DNA of 64,000 nucleotides from Bacteroidales bacterium (GCA_017540505.1 JAFYAW010000015.1:21550-85549); one strand, 5' to 3'. Positions 19,725 through 29,704 are shown, numbered from the stretch's first letter. Translations and numbers: made by a program. The notes: generated from the sequence alone by a model not told the origin.

Positions 19725-20747
19725 ATGAAGAACATAGATTGGAAAAGTCTGTCATTCGGTTATGTGAAAACCGACTACAATGTACGCTGTTATTTCAGAG
19801 ACGGCAAATGGGGTGAACTGGAAGTCATGTCTGACGAATACATCCCCATGCACATGGCCGCCTCCTGTCTCCACTACGGTCAGGAAGCATTTGAGGGCAT
19901 GAAGGCCTTCAGAGGCAAAGACGGCAAAGTCCGTCTGTTCCGTTGGGAAGAGAATTGGAAACGTCTGAACAGCTCCGCCGACACCATCATGCTGGCCCCC
20001 ATCCCGAGAGAGCTCTTCTTCGCCGCTTTGGAGAAGGTCATCAAACTGAATGCCGAGTACATCCCGCCTTACGGAACGGAAGGTTCCCTGTACATCCGTC
20101 CGCTGCTGATCGGTACGGGTGCCACCATCGGTGTGAAACCCGCTGACGAATATCTGTTCGTGGTGTTCGTGATGCCGGTCGGACCGTACTTCAAGGAGGG
20201 TTTCAAGCCCACCAACATGCAGATTGCCAAGGATTACGACCGTGCTGCCCCGCTGGGTACCGGTCATGTGAAGGTGGGTGGCAACTATGCCGCTTCCCTG
20301 CGCGCCGGCGAAAGAGCACACCATGAGGGCTTCAGCGCCTCCATCTTCGCCGATGCCAAGACCAAGACCTTCATCGATGAGGCTGGTCCCGCCAACTTCT
20401 TCGGCATCAAGGACGGCAAGTATGTGACTCCCGATTCCGGCTCCATCCTGCCTTCCATCACCAACATGAGCTTGCGCCAGATTGCCGAAGACCTCGGCCT
20501 TGTGGTGGAACGCCGCCATGTCAGACTGGACGAAATCGGCACGTTCGAAGAGGCTGGTGCCTGCGGTACCGCCGCCGTCATCTCCCCCATCCACATGATC
20601 CAGGATCGTGAGACGGGCGAAGAGTATGTCATCGCAAAAGATGGCAAGCCCGGTCCGTGGAGCATCAAGATGCGCGAAATCCTGATGGGCATCCAATACG
20701 GTGAAATCGAAGACAAACACAACTGGTGCACCATCGTGGAATGCTAA
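19725..20747 (+). CDS. ilvE: branched-chain amino acid aminotransferase
   Basis: 340-aa ORF with a class IV aminotransferase pattern (..EGMKAFR..G....FR...N..R...). Confidence 0.92.
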   Translation: MKNIDWKSLSFGYVKTDYNVRCYFRDGKWGELEVMSDEYIPMHMAASCLHYGQEAFEGMKAFRGKDGKVRLFRWEENWKRLNSSADTIMLAPIPRELFFAALEKVIKLNAEYIPPYGTEGSLYIRPLLIGTGATIGVKPADEYLFVVFVMPVGPYFKEGFKPTNMQIAKDYDRAAPLGTGHVKVGGNYAASLRAGERAHHEGFSASIFADAKTKTFIDEAGPANFFGIKDGKYVTPDSGSILPSITNMSLRQIAEDLGLVVERRHVRLDEIGTFEEAGACGTAAVISPIHMIQDRETGEEYVIAKDGKPGPWSIKMREILMGIQYGEIEDKHNWCTIVEC

Positions 20748-20775
20748 TCCGTCCACACTTGGACGACATAAAAAA

Positions 20776-20801
20776 AGCCCCGCGACTGCGGGGCTTTTTT
20801 T
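20776..20801. terminator. bidirectional intrinsic terminator between convergent ilvE and rplT
   Basis: AGCCCCGC-GACT-GCGGGGCT hairpin flanked by an A run (5') and a T run (3'). Confidence 0.85.
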
Positions 20802-20841
20802 ATGCGACGAACTCAAATTTCGATTTTAAATATCGGGCTAA

Positions 20842-21186
20842 CTATTTGACCAGGTCAACGATAGCCTTGAATGCCTCAGGATTATTCATCGCGAGGTCGG
20901 CGAGGGCTTTGCGGTTGAGCGCGACACCCTTCTTGGCCAGACTGCCCATGAGGACAGAGTAGGACATGCCGTATTCGCGTGCACCCGCGTTGATACGGGT
21001 GATCCACAAACTTCTGAAGTTTCTCTTTTTAGCTTTTCTGTCGCGGTAGGCATATTGCTGCCCTTTTTCCCACGAATTGACTGCAACGGTCCAAACGTTT
21101 CTACGTTTGCCGAAGTACCCACGGGTACGTTTCAAAATCTTTTTTCTTCTTGCTCTTGAAGCAACATGATTTACTGATCTTGGCAT
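20842..21186 (-). CDS. rplT: 50S ribosomal protein L20
   Basis: 114-aa basic ORF ([19 protein letters not shown]..). Confidence 0.97.
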   Translation of the reverse strand: MPRSVNHVASRARRKKILKRTRGYFGKRRNVWTVAVNSWEKGQQYAYRDRKAKKRNFRSLWITRINAGAREYGMSYSVLMGSLAKKGVALNRKALADLAMNNPEAFKAIVDLVK

Positions 21187-21273
21187 AATTAAGTTCCTTT
21201 CTTTTTTACGTCAGCGGTTTAACTTTTAAACTCTTCGATAGCTGATAGTAAAGTTAATTGTTAATAATAAATG

Positions 21274-21471
21274 TTAGCATTTACCGAGCATCTGCAGAAC
21301 GGTACGTTCCAGATTCGGTTCGACAATGGCGCTGTAAGCCAGGTTACGTTTTCTCTTTGTGGATTTTTTGGTGAGAATGTGGCTGTGGTACGCGTGATGT
21401 CTCTTGATTTTTCCGGTGCCGGTCAAAGTGAATCTTTTCTTGACAGCGGATTTCGTTTTAATTTTTGGCAT
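21274..21471 (-). CDS. rpmI: 50S ribosomal protein L35
   Basis: 65-aa ORF ([22 protein letters not shown]). Confidence 0.96.
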   Translation of the reverse strand: MPKIKTKSAVKKRFTLTGTGKIKRHHAYHSHILTKKSTKRKRNLAYSAIVEPNLERTVLQMLGKC

Positions 21472-21513
21472 TTCTTCAAATTTTTAAAGTTTATATTAAG
21501 AGCTTGTCGCATT

Positions 21514-22056
21514 CTATTTTTTATTCGATTTGGGGCTGATCATCATGGTCATGTTCTTGCCGAGCAGTGTCGGCAGCTGGTCCACTTTGCCCACCTCTTC
21601 GAGCTGCTGGGCGAAACGGAGCAGGAGCAGCTCGCCCTGATCCTTGTAGATGATGGAACGACCCCGGAAGGTCACCATCAGCTTCACCTTGTAACCGTCC
21701 TTCAGGAACTTGATGGCATGATTGCACTTGAAATTGAAATCATGATCGTCCGTCTGCGGACCCATGTGAATCTCCTTCACCGTGGTTTTGGCACTGTTGG
21801 CCTTGATTTCCTTCGCCTTCTTCTTCTGCTCGTAGAGGTATTTCTGGTAATCCATCACCTTGCATACCGGCGGATTGGCCTGCGGGGAAATCTCCACCAA
21901 GTCCAGCTCGTACTGGTCGGCAATGGCAAGTGCCTCTCGCAAGGAAACAATCTTGGGTTCGAAATTCTCACCCACCACGCGCACGGTCTGGGCTGTAATG
22001 TAATTGTTGATACGGTGTTGGGCTTCTTTCTTCGGGCGAGGACCGTTCTGCCTCAT
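21514..22056 (-). CDS. infC: translation initiation factor IF-3
   Basis: The IF-3 N and C domains are recognisable (..RINNYITAQTVRVVGEN.., ..ELDLVEISPQANPPVCKVMDY..). The start is uncertain: I chose ATG 22056, and the track's 22086 start is an in-frame TTG. Confidence 0.9.
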   Translation of the reverse strand: MRQNGPRPKKEAQHRINNYITAQTVRVVGENFEPKIVSLREALAIADQYELDLVEISPQANPPVCKVMDYQKYLYEQKKKAKEIKANSAKTTVKEIHMGPQTDDHDFNFKCNHAIKFLKDGYKVKLMVTFRGRSIIYKDQGELLLLRFAQQLEEVGKVDQLPTLLGKNMTMMISPKSNKK

Positions 22057-22139
22057 CCCTCTGCCTGCATTCGGTGTAATATTCAAGGCTCCTTTCTATT
22101 AAAAAAATATAATAACTTTATTTATAAATTTTTGGGGCG

Positions 22140-22147
22140 CAAAAATA
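22140..22147 (-). promoter_or_regulatory. -7 promoter box (reverse strand TATTTTTG, then CGCC) for infC-rpmI-rplT
   Basis: CAAAAATA on the + strand, 54-84 nt upstream of the candidate infC starts. Confidence 0.45.
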
Positions 22148-22226
22148 CACTTTTTTTCATTTACTCAAAATTCCGCGTAATTTTTTTATTTTTGCAGCGT
22201 TATACGACATTGTTATCTGATAATAT

Positions 22227-23096
22227 ATGGTAAGAAAAACGAACGCTTTCCCTTTTAAGTCCCTCATAACAGGCGTTTTACTGACGGTTTTCGCCCTAAC
22301 GGCGGCGGCACAGCAGTCGGAAATCGGCGCTTTCGGCGGCATCTCCTTCTACTGTGGCGAGCTCACCGACAACATCTTCCGTCAGGTGAAACCGGCCGGA
22401 GGCCTCATATACCGCTACAATTTGTCGCCGCGCTGGGCCCTGAAGGCTGACATCATCTTCTCCAAAATCAGCGGCAGCGACGGGAAGACCAACGACAACT
22501 ACGAGCGCAACCTGAACTTTGTATCCCCGATTTCGGAAATCGGCGTGCAGGCGGAGCTCAACTTCTTCAAGCTCTACAACGCCACGGGCAAAAACCACTT
22601 CACCCCATACATCTTTGCCGGCCTCGCCCTCTTCTCCTTCAACCCGCAGGACTCTCTGCCGGGATCTCCGCTGTACAGCCTGCAAAGTCTCGGCACCGAA
22701 GGCCAGGGGCTGGAAGGACAGAAGAAGAAATACTCGCTCACCAACGTGGCCATCCCGTTCGGCATCGGCATCAAGGCCACCCTGGGTCGGCACATCGCCA
22801 TCGGGGCCGAATGGGGAATGCGCTACACCTTCACCGACTACCTGGATGATGTGGGCGGCGTCTATTACGACAATGACCTGCTGCGCGAACAGCGGGGCGA
22901 CATCGCCGCCGACCTGGCCGACCGCCGCGTGCCTTCAGCGGAACATCCCGACCTGATCCACGAAGATAACGGCGTGCAACGCGGCATCTCCACCACTAAA
23001 GACTGGTATTCCTTTGTCGGACTGACATTTACGGTGAAGTTTGGCAATGAAAGCAAGACCTGCGACCTCAAAAATCCGCGTAAGAAAAGACACTGA
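22227..23096 (+). CDS. outer-membrane beta-barrel protein (DUF6089-like, conserved upstream of uppS-bamA)
   Basis: 289-aa ORF with a signal peptide ending ..ALTAAAQQ. Position in the conserved Bacteroidetes OMP-uppS-bamA-ompH block. A TATTTTTG box lies at 22187-22194. Confidence 0.75.
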   Translation: MVRKTNAFPFKSLITGVLLTVFALTAAAQQSEIGAFGGISFYCGELTDNIFRQVKPAGGLIYRYNLSPRWALKADIIFSKISGSDGKTNDNYERNLNFVSPISEIGVQAELNFFKLYNATGKNHFTPYIFAGLALFSFNPQDSLPGSPLYSLQSLGTEGQGLEGQKKKYSLTNVAIPFGIGIKATLGRHIAIGAEWGMRYTFTDYLDDVGGVYYDNDLLREQRGDIAADLADRRVPSAEHPDLIHEDNGVQRGISTTKDWYSFVGLTFTVKFGNESKTCDLKNPRKKRH

Positions 23097-23098
23097 CT

Positions 23099-23833
23099 AT
23101 GAGCCATACTGACAAAAAATTACCCGCCCACATCGCCATCATTATGGATGGCAACGGACGTTGGGCACAACAACAGGGCCATGAACGCACCTTCGGACAC
23201 CAGAACGGCGTAGAAGCCGTGCGCAGCGTTATCGAAGGTGCCGGCGAAATGGGCATCCGCTACCTCACACTCTACGCTTTTTCCACCGAAAACTGGAACC
23301 GCCCCAAAGAGGAGGTTGAAATGCTGATGACCCTGCTGGTGCAGTCCATCCATAACGAACTGGAACGCCTGATGGCCAACCATGTGCGCCTTATGATGAC
23401 CGGCCGCATCAATGACATGCCTGAAGCCTGCCGCGACGCATTACAGGATGCCATCCGCCAGACCGCCGGCAACGACGGCCTGACCGTCATCCTCGCCCTC
23501 AGCTACAGCGGCCGCACCGAGCTCACCGACGCCGTCCGGAAAATAGCCTCCGACTGTGCCCTTGGTCTCCGCAATGCAGACGATATCACTGCTGACGATA
23601 TACAACACGCTCTGTATCATCCGGATATCCCCGACCCCGACATTCTGATCCGCACCGGCGGAGAATGCCGCGTAAGCAACTTCCTCCTGTGGGAAATTGC
23701 CTATACCGAACTCTTCTTCTCCCCTATCATGTGGCCCGACTTCCGCAAAACACATCTGGCGGAAATCATCAACGCATACCAAAACAGGGAACGGCGCTAC
23801 GGAAAAATAGGCGAACAAGTTCGGGAACATTAA
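23099..23833 (+). CDS. uppS: isoprenyl transferase (undecaprenyl-diphosphate synthase)
   Basis: 244-aa ORF with motif HIAIIMDGNGRWA. Confidence 0.95.
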   Translation: MSHTDKKLPAHIAIIMDGNGRWAQQQGHERTFGHQNGVEAVRSVIEGAGEMGIRYLTLYAFSTENWNRPKEEVEMLMTLLVQSIHNELERLMANHVRLMMTGRINDMPEACRDALQDAIRQTAGNDGLTVILALSYSGRTELTDAVRKIASDCALGLRNADDITADDIQHALYHPDIPDPDILIRTGGECRVSNFLLWEIAYTELFFSPIMWPDFRKTHLAEIINAYQNRERRYGKIGEQVREH

Positions 23834-23873
23834 TATTTTGCGTATCTTTGCCGACTTTTTCCACCCATAGACA

Positions 23874-26498
23874 ATGACCGTTTTTAAACGCTTCTTGCTG
23901 CTTCTGATTCTGGCCTCCGCACTCCTTTGCGGACAGGCTTATGGTCAGGTTGTAGTCGGTGGCGACCAGCCCGACGGTCCTGTGAAAGTGGACTATTCCA
24001 ATCCGAAAGAATACGAAATCGGCGGCATCACCTCTTCCGGCACCGCACCCTTGGACGCCCGTCTGCTCTCTTTCCATGTGGGCGACATCATCAAAATCCC
24101 CGGTGAACAAATCTCCAAAAGCGTCAAATCCCTTTGGAAAACAGGTCTATATGACGATGTGGAAATCACCGTCACCCGCATCAACGGAAACGTGGCTTTC
24201 TTGGATGTGCGTCTGGAAGACCGCGCCCGCCTTCTCTCTTTCGGCTTCAAAGGGACCACCAAATCCGAAGAGAACGACCTGCGGGAAAAACTCAATATCT
24301 CCCAGGGCAACATCATCAACGATAACATGAAGACCACCTGCGTCAATATCATACGCAAATATTACGTGGACAAGGGCTTCTACAGTTGTGATGTATCCGT
24401 ACAGGAAATTCCGGATGAGAAAATCAAAAACGCCCGAAGTATCCTTTTCGACATCCATAAGGCAAAAAAAGTCAAGATTGCCAAGATCAACATCAACGGC
24501 AACCAGGGCGTGACCAACGCCACCCTCCTGCGCTCGATGAAGGAGACGAAAGAGAAATTCCTCTTCATGCCCATGTACAAGGCCGACACCGCCATCGCCT
24601 ACACCCTCAAACACAAAGGCTATTACCAGTCGAAGGACATGTTCGAACATTTGGACGACTATTTCTCCAACCGTGTGAAACTTCGCATCTTTAAGAAATC
24701 CAAATTCATCCGTGATTCCTACGAGAAAGACAAAGTCAACCTCATCAACAAATACAATGAACTTGGCTACCGCGATGCCGTCATTGTGCGCGACACTTAC
24801 TATGTGAAAAACAACAACATACACATTGACATTGATGTCAACGAAGGTCCGAGATACTATTTCCGCAACATCTCCTTCGTGGGCAACACCATATATCCTA
24901 CCTCCCTGCTGAAACAACTGCTCGGCATCAGCAAGGGCGACGTCTATAACCAGACCTTGCTCACCAAAAACCTCACCATGAAGGAGGATGGCGACGACCT
25001 CGCCTCGTTGTACATGAACAACGGTTATCTGTTTTTCAATGCCAATCCGGTGGAGGTGGCCGTTGAAAACGACTCCATTGACATTGAAATCCGCATTCGC
25101 GAGGGTAAGCAGGCCCGTTACAACAAAATCACCATCTCGGGCAACACGAAGACGAACGACAACGTCATCATGCGGGAAATCACCACCATTCCGGGCAAGT
25201 TGTTCAACCGGGCCGACATTATCCGTACCCAGCAGGTGCTTATGTCGTTAGGCTATTTCAACCAGGAGAAGATGGATGTGCAACCCAAGCCGAATGAGGC
25301 GGATGGAACCGTGGACATTAACTATGTGGTGGAAGAGACCTCCTCCGACCAGCTCTCCCTGAGTGCCGGTTACGGTGCCACCGGTTTTGTCATCACCGCT
25401 GGCATCGCCTTCAACAACTTCTCCACCAAGAAATTGTTCAAAAAAGAGGCTTGGACCCCCATTCCGGGCGGCGACGGACAGCGCCTTGCCCTCAATGTCT
25501 CCACCAACGGCTCTTGGTATCAATACTATAACCTCTCCTTCACTGAACCGTGGTTGGGAGGCAAGAAACCCAACGCCCTAACCTTTGGCGTTTATTTCCA
25601 AAAACAGACCAACAACCACAAGAAATCCGACGACTCCTACCGGGCCAGCAGTATCGCCGGAGCATCCCTGTCGTTAGCCAGCCAACTCAAGTGGCCCGAC
25701 GACTACTTCCAGATGTCGCACACGATTTCCTATGAATACTACAAAGTGAAAAACTGGGCAGGCTACTATTTCTTCACTGACGGCTTCGCCAACAGTTTGA
25801 GCTACATATTCACACTGTCGCGCAACTCCGTCAATGCCCCCATTTACCCGCGCGAAGGCTCCAACCTCTCATTCAGCGTACAGGTCACTCCTCCTTACTC
25901 CCTGTTCAGCGGCAAGGATTACACCACCGCCACCGATCAGGAGAAGTTCAAATGGATGGAGTTCCACAAATGGAAGTTCAGTGCCTCCTGGTTCACACGC
26001 ATCGTGCAGAATCTGGTGTTGAACGTGCGCTTCAAGATGGGCTTCATGGGCTGTTATAACCAGGATATTGGCATCACCCCGTTCGGACGCTTCTATCTTG
26101 GCGGCGACGGTCTTTCCACGTATGCGTACGACGGCCGCGAGGTGATCGGTATGCGCGGATACGACGACGAGGTTCTGTCGCCCTACATCGACGGCTCCTC
26201 CGTAGGTGCCAGCATCTACAACAAGTTCACCGCCGAACTCCGCTACCCCATCTCCCTGAACCCGTCGGCCACCGTCTATGTGCTCGCCTTCCTGGAGGCA
26301 GGAAAGGGCTGGATTGACAAACGGCAATACAACCCGTTCAACCTGTACAAGTCCGCCGGTCTGGGTGTGCGCGTCTATCTGCCGATGTTCGGCCTGCTCG
26401 GTTTCGACTGGGGCTACGGTTTCGACCCCGTGCCTGGCAGAAGCTCCTCCAGCTGGGGCAGCCACTTCCATATCTCCATCAACCAATCCATCGATTAA
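23874..26498 (+). CDS. bamA: outer membrane protein assembly factor BamA
   Basis: 874-aa ORF with a signal peptide, POTRA-like repeats and a C-terminal surface-antigen barrel. A TATCTTTG box lies at 23843-23850. Confidence 0.94.
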   Translation: MTVFKRFLLLLILASALLCGQAYGQVVVGGDQPDGPVKVDYSNPKEYEIGGITSSGTAPLDARLLSFHVGDIIKIPGEQISKSVKSLWKTGLYDDVEITVTRINGNVAFLDVRLEDRARLLSFGFKGTTKSEENDLREKLNISQGNIINDNMKTTCVNIIRKYYVDKGFYSCDVSVQEIPDEKIKNARSILFDIHKAKKVKIAKININGNQGVTNATLLRSMKETKEKFLFMPMYKADTAIAYTLKHKGYYQSKDMFEHLDDYFSNRVKLRIFKKSKFIRDSYEKDKVNLINKYNELGYRDAVIVRDTYYVKNNNIHIDIDVNEGPRYYFRNISFVGNTIYPTSLLKQLLGISKGDVYNQTLLTKNLTMKEDGDDLASLYMNNGYLFFNANPVEVAVENDSIDIEIRIREGKQARYNKITISGNTKTNDNVIMREITTIPGKLFNRADIIRTQQVLMSLGYFNQEKMDVQPKPNEADGTVDINYVVEETSSDQLSLSAGYGATGFVITAGIAFNNFSTKKLFKKEAWTPIPGGDGQRLALNVSTNGSWYQYYNLSFTEPWLGGKKPNALTFGVYFQKQTNNHKKSDDSYRASSIAGASLSLASQLKWPDDYFQMSHTISYEYYKVKNWAGYYFFTDGFANSLSYIFTLSRNSVNAPIYPREGSNLSFSVQVTPPYSLFSGKDYTTATDQEKFKWMEFHKWKFSASWFTRIVQNLVLNVRFKMGFMGCYNQDIGITPFGRFYLGGDGLSTYAYDGREVIGMRGYDDEVLSPYIDGSSVGASIYNKFTAELRYPISLNPSATVYVLAFLEAGKGWIDKRQYNPFNLYKSAGLGVRVYLPMFGLLGFDWGYGFDPVPGRSSSSWGSHFHISINQSID

Positions 26499-26558
26499 AC
26501 TTATGCTGAAACAATAAATCCAACGCCCATTCGTTTGCAAAACCAAAATTCCAAAAAA

Positions 26559-27089
26559 ATGAAGAAAATAATACTCTCCACCCTGATGTTAATGCTGGCG
26601 CTGACCGGTTTTTGTCAGAAATACGCCTACATCAATTCCGAATACATCCTTTCCAAACTGTCGGAGTACAAAGAGGCCCAGGCGGAACTGGACCGCGTGG
26701 CCGTTCTGTGGCAGAAAGAGATAGAGGCCAAATTCGCCGCCATCGACTCCATGTACAAGAAATACCAAGTGGAGGCCATCACCATGCCCGACCAGATCAA
26801 GAAAAACCGTGAAGAGGCCATCATCGCCCAAGAAAAAGCCGCCAAGGATCTGCAAAAGAAGCGCTTCGGCCAGAACGGCGACCTCTTCAAGAAACGGGAG
26901 GAGCTGGTGAAACCCATCCAGGACCGCGTCATCAGCACCATCAACGACTATGCCAAGGAGAAGGGATACGCCTTCGTATTTGACACCGCCGGTGAGATGA
27001 CCATCATCTATGCCGACCCCAAATGGGACATCAACGAGATTATCCTGCAAAAGTTAGGAGTCTCAGCTTCGTCCGATATGGATGACTAA
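26559..27089 (+). CDS. OmpH/Skp-family periplasmic chaperone (paralogue 1)
   Basis: The start is taken at ATG 26559 (MKKIILSTLMLMLALTGFCQ); the track's 26535 start is a TTG. Coiled-coil OmpH pattern. Confidence 0.88.
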   Translation: MKKIILSTLMLMLALTGFCQKYAYINSEYILSKLSEYKEAQAELDRVAVLWQKEIEAKFAAIDSMYKKYQVEAITMPDQIKKNREEAIIAQEKAAKDLQKKRFGQNGDLFKKREELVKPIQDRVISTINDYAKEKGYAFVFDTAGEMTIIYADPKWDINEIILQKLGVSASSDMDD

Positions 27090-27129
27090 TAATATATATG
27101 TAAAACATTAAAACTCTAAAAACTTTTCA

Positions 27130-27627
27130 ATGAAAAAAATCTTATTGCTTATAGCAGCTGTTGCCATGTTCTCCGTCAACGTGGCTGATGCCCAGAAATA
27201 CGGGCACGTCAATTCCGGGGACATCTTGGAAGTGATGCCGGGAATCGACTCCCTGCAGATCAAACTGACCGCCTTTCAGGCTGATTTACAGACCATGTAC
27301 GAAAGTATGATGACCGAATATCAGCAGAAGAAGGACAAGTTCGACCGTGAGGTGGGCACCATGTCCTCCGCCGTCCGTCAGGTGCGGGAGAAGGAGTTGC
27401 AAGACCTTGGCACGCGTATCCAGGAATTCCAGGCCAACGCACAGCAGGATTTGGAAGACAAGCAATACGAGCTGGCCAAGCCGTATCAGGATGCCATCCA
27501 GAATGCCATCAACAAGGTGGCGAAAGAACATGGCTATGCCTACATCTTCGACACCAAAATACTGCTTTACTATGGCAATGGGGATGACATCACCCCGCTG
27601 GTCAAGAAAGAGTTAGGCATCAAATAA
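27130..27627 (+). CDS. OmpH/Skp-family periplasmic chaperone (paralogue 2)
   Basis: 165-aa ORF with a signal peptide and OmpH coiled-coil pattern (..AKEHGYAYIFD..). Confidence 0.9.
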   Translation: MKKILLLIAAVAMFSVNVADAQKYGHVNSGDILEVMPGIDSLQIKLTAFQADLQTMYESMMTEYQQKKDKFDREVGTMSSAVRQVREKELQDLGTRIQEFQANAQQDLEDKQYELAKPYQDAIQNAINKVAKEHGYAYIFDTKILLYYGNGDDITPLVKKELGIK

Positions 27628-27639
27628 GGAGGAACGGAT

Positions 27640-28140
27640 ATGAAGAAACTGATCATCATCGTTTGCCTGCTGGCCGGCATTGCCACCAGTTTTGCCCAAA
27701 AGGCGAAATTCGGGCATGTGGACTATGCTGCCATCATGAAAGAGATGCCCGGCATTGACACCGCACAAACCAGGCTGGCTGATTTCCAGCAGGAGTTGGA
27801 AGTGACCGGACAGGCAATGGTAAACGAATTCAAGGAAAAAGAGGCCAAATACACGCAACTGGCCACATCGGGAGCCTCCGCCGCCATCCTGAAAGTCCGC
27901 GAGGATGAAATCACCAAGCTGTATGCCCGCCTGCAGGAGTTTGTGGCCAACAGCGAGGCAGAGCTTCAAGCCAAACAGGTGGAGCTGTTGAAACCCTTCC
28001 AGTCCAAGCTGTTGGATGCCATCAAAGTGGTGGCAGAAAAGGGAAACTACACGTATGTTTTTGACATCTCCACGCTGGCATTCTATGCCGACAGCGACGA
28101 CCTGACCTCGGCCGTCCGCACACAACTCGGCATCAAATAA
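27640..28140 (+). CDS. OmpH/Skp-family periplasmic chaperone (paralogue 3)
   Basis: 166-aa ORF with a signal peptide and OmpH coiled-coil pattern (..AEKGNYTYVFD..). Confidence 0.9.
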   Translation: MKKLIIIVCLLAGIATSFAQKAKFGHVDYAAIMKEMPGIDTAQTRLADFQQELEVTGQAMVNEFKEKEAKYTQLATSGASAAILKVREDEITKLYARLQEFVANSEAELQAKQVELLKPFQSKLLDAIKVVAEKGNYTYVFDISTLAFYADSDDLTSAVRTQLGIK

Positions 28141-28167
28141 TAACCCTTCGTTCAATTCAACAAAAAA

Positions 28168-28193
28168 GGCGCGGTTTTCACCGCGCCTTTTTT
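28168..28193. terminator. bidirectional intrinsic terminator between skp-3 and ferredoxin
   Basis: GGCGCGG-TTTTCA-CCGCGCC hairpin with an A run before and a T run after. Confidence 0.85.
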
Positions 28194-28211
28194 ATTCTAC
28201 CATTGTTTCAA

Positions 28212-28382
28212 TTACTCCAAGCTGATAGCCTCGCAAGGACATACGTCAGCACAAGCGCCGCATTCGATGCAGAGATCAGGATTGATGGAATAAGGAGTGC
28301 CTTCGGAGATAGCCTCTTGAGGGCATTCGCCTGCGCAAGTACCACAGGATGCGCAGAGATCAGGATTGATTTTGTAAGCCAT
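28212..28382 (-). CDS. 2x[4Fe-4S] ferredoxin
   Basis: The start is taken at ATG 28382 (MAYKINPDLC..). Two CxxCxxCxxxCP motifs (CASCGTCAGECP, CIECGACADVCP). Confidence 0.9.
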   Translation of the reverse strand: MAYKINPDLCASCGTCAGECPQEAISEGTPYSINPDLCIECGACADVCPCEAISLE

Positions 28383-28415
28383 TTTTTTATAAATTTTGTT
28401 GTTGTTTTTCGGCGG

Positions 28416-28423
28416 CAAAAATA
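28416..28423 (-). promoter_or_regulatory. -7 promoter box (reverse TATTTTTG, then CCGCC) for ferredoxin
   Basis: GGCGGCAAAAATAC on the + strand, 34 nt upstream of ATG 28382. Confidence 0.45.
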
Positions 28424-28460
28424 CACTTTTTATTGATATTTCAACCTATTCCGATTACAT

Positions 28461-29534
28461 TTATAAAGAGGGGTTTTTAATCGTGTAACCACCTGTTTTC
28501 CAATTACCTTGATACTCCACACAATCCATATCCTTCAATTTTTTAATGTAACGCTCCACCGATCCCTTGGCAAAACCCGTGCCAGTGACAATCTGACAGA
28601 CCTTGCAGTTCGGATGGGATTCGATGAACTGATAGATGGCATCCAACTTCTTATGTTTGACGAATATATCCTCCAAAGAGGTTTCGTCATGCGTGTCCGA
28701 CAGGTCGGAAAAATCCTCCTCGTTCTCCGTCTCCCTCAAATCAACTCCCAACTGACTGAATTTTTCCGCCACAATATCTTTCCGGAGGGATGAGACAGGC
28801 AATACCAGGCTTTTCCCCCGCTCTAATTCCCCAACGAACACACCGTGACCATTATAGGCATCCACATAGTTCAGGTTGACCAAATGGCATCTGGAAACAC
28901 GAAGAAACTGATCCTCTCCTAAAAACTCCTCCATATTCTTCATGGAATCAAAACGATAGTATTTTTCACCAGATATCATGAAGATATTGGCCATATTCTG
29001 ATTCTGCTCACAATACAGTATATCCTGTAGTTTGACATACACGATCTCATTCTTAAAGTTCCGGACATCCATGTACTGGATTTGTGCTTTCAGTGCCAGA
29101 GCCTTCTTCCGGGCAAGAGACAACTCCCGCAATAGCACCGTGATGAAAAACACGAAGGAGTAGAGACCCAGATTCCGGAACAAGACCAACAGGCTGAATG
29201 TCATAATCATATCCGAGGCCGGTCGCGAAAAATATTGTAGGGATTGTTGGATATTCGGGAACACCAGAAACATCTCTCCGGAAGTCAGAAGCAATACCAA
29301 AACGGCAGATAGCAGCCAAAACCAACGGAAACGATTGCGGAAATACAACTTTGGAATCAACACCAGTTGCTCAATAAGAAGGACTAACACAACAAACGCC
29401 CCAACCAGATATTCCTTATACATGGCCGAACAGGCACCCGGACGGATAAAACAATTGCGACCAAAGAAAATGATGATAGCGATATAAAAAAGGGCAAATA
29501 AAACGACTGTTATGTTTCGACTTGTATTTTCCAT
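28461..29534 (-). CDS. membrane-anchored LytTR-family DNA-binding regulator with an extra C-terminal winged-helix-like domain
   Basis: 357-aa ORF with about four N-terminal hydrophobic helices. The LytTR core is ..VYVKLQDILYCEQNQNMANIF..GEKYYRFDSMKNMEEFL..FLRVSRCHLVNLNYV... This is followed by an acidic linker, then ..IYQFIESHPNCKVCQIVTGTGFAKGSVERYIKKLKD.. (HTH-like). A -7 box lies at 29571-29578. Confidence 0.8.
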   Translation of the reverse strand: MENTSRNITVVLFALFYIAIIIFFGRNCFIRPGACSAMYKEYLVGAFVVLVLLIEQLVLIPKLYFRNRFRWFWLLSAVLVLLLTSGEMFLVFPNIQQSLQYFSRPASDMIMTFSLLVLFRNLGLYSFVFFITVLLRELSLARKKALALKAQIQYMDVRNFKNEIVYVKLQDILYCEQNQNMANIFMISGEKYYRFDSMKNMEEFLGEDQFLRVSRCHLVNLNYVDAYNGHGVFVGELERGKSLVLPVSSLRKDIVAEKFSQLGVDLRETENEEDFSDLSDTHDETSLEDIFVKHKKLDAIYQFIESHPNCKVCQIVTGTGFAKGSVERYIKKLKDMDCVEYQGNWKTGGYTIKNPSL

Positions 29535-29704
29535 TCTTTTTATGCGGTGTGAACCATATATTTACAGCCGCAAAAATATAAAAATAATTCGAGAAAGCAC
29601 TCCACCGTCACTCTTTCACCACCCTTTTCACCACTGTGCCGCTGTCCGTCTCCACGCGCAACTCCACCTTGCCCTGGTTTGGGTGTTTGATGTTGTAGTT
29701 AAAA

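Noticed and set aside
20748-20841. Bacteroidales-1 RNA motif, reported to lie downstream of rplT in this order.
   Set aside because: Only about 35 nt separate the rplT stop from the shared terminator hairpin. That is too short for the motif as I remember it, and I cannot run the covariance model.
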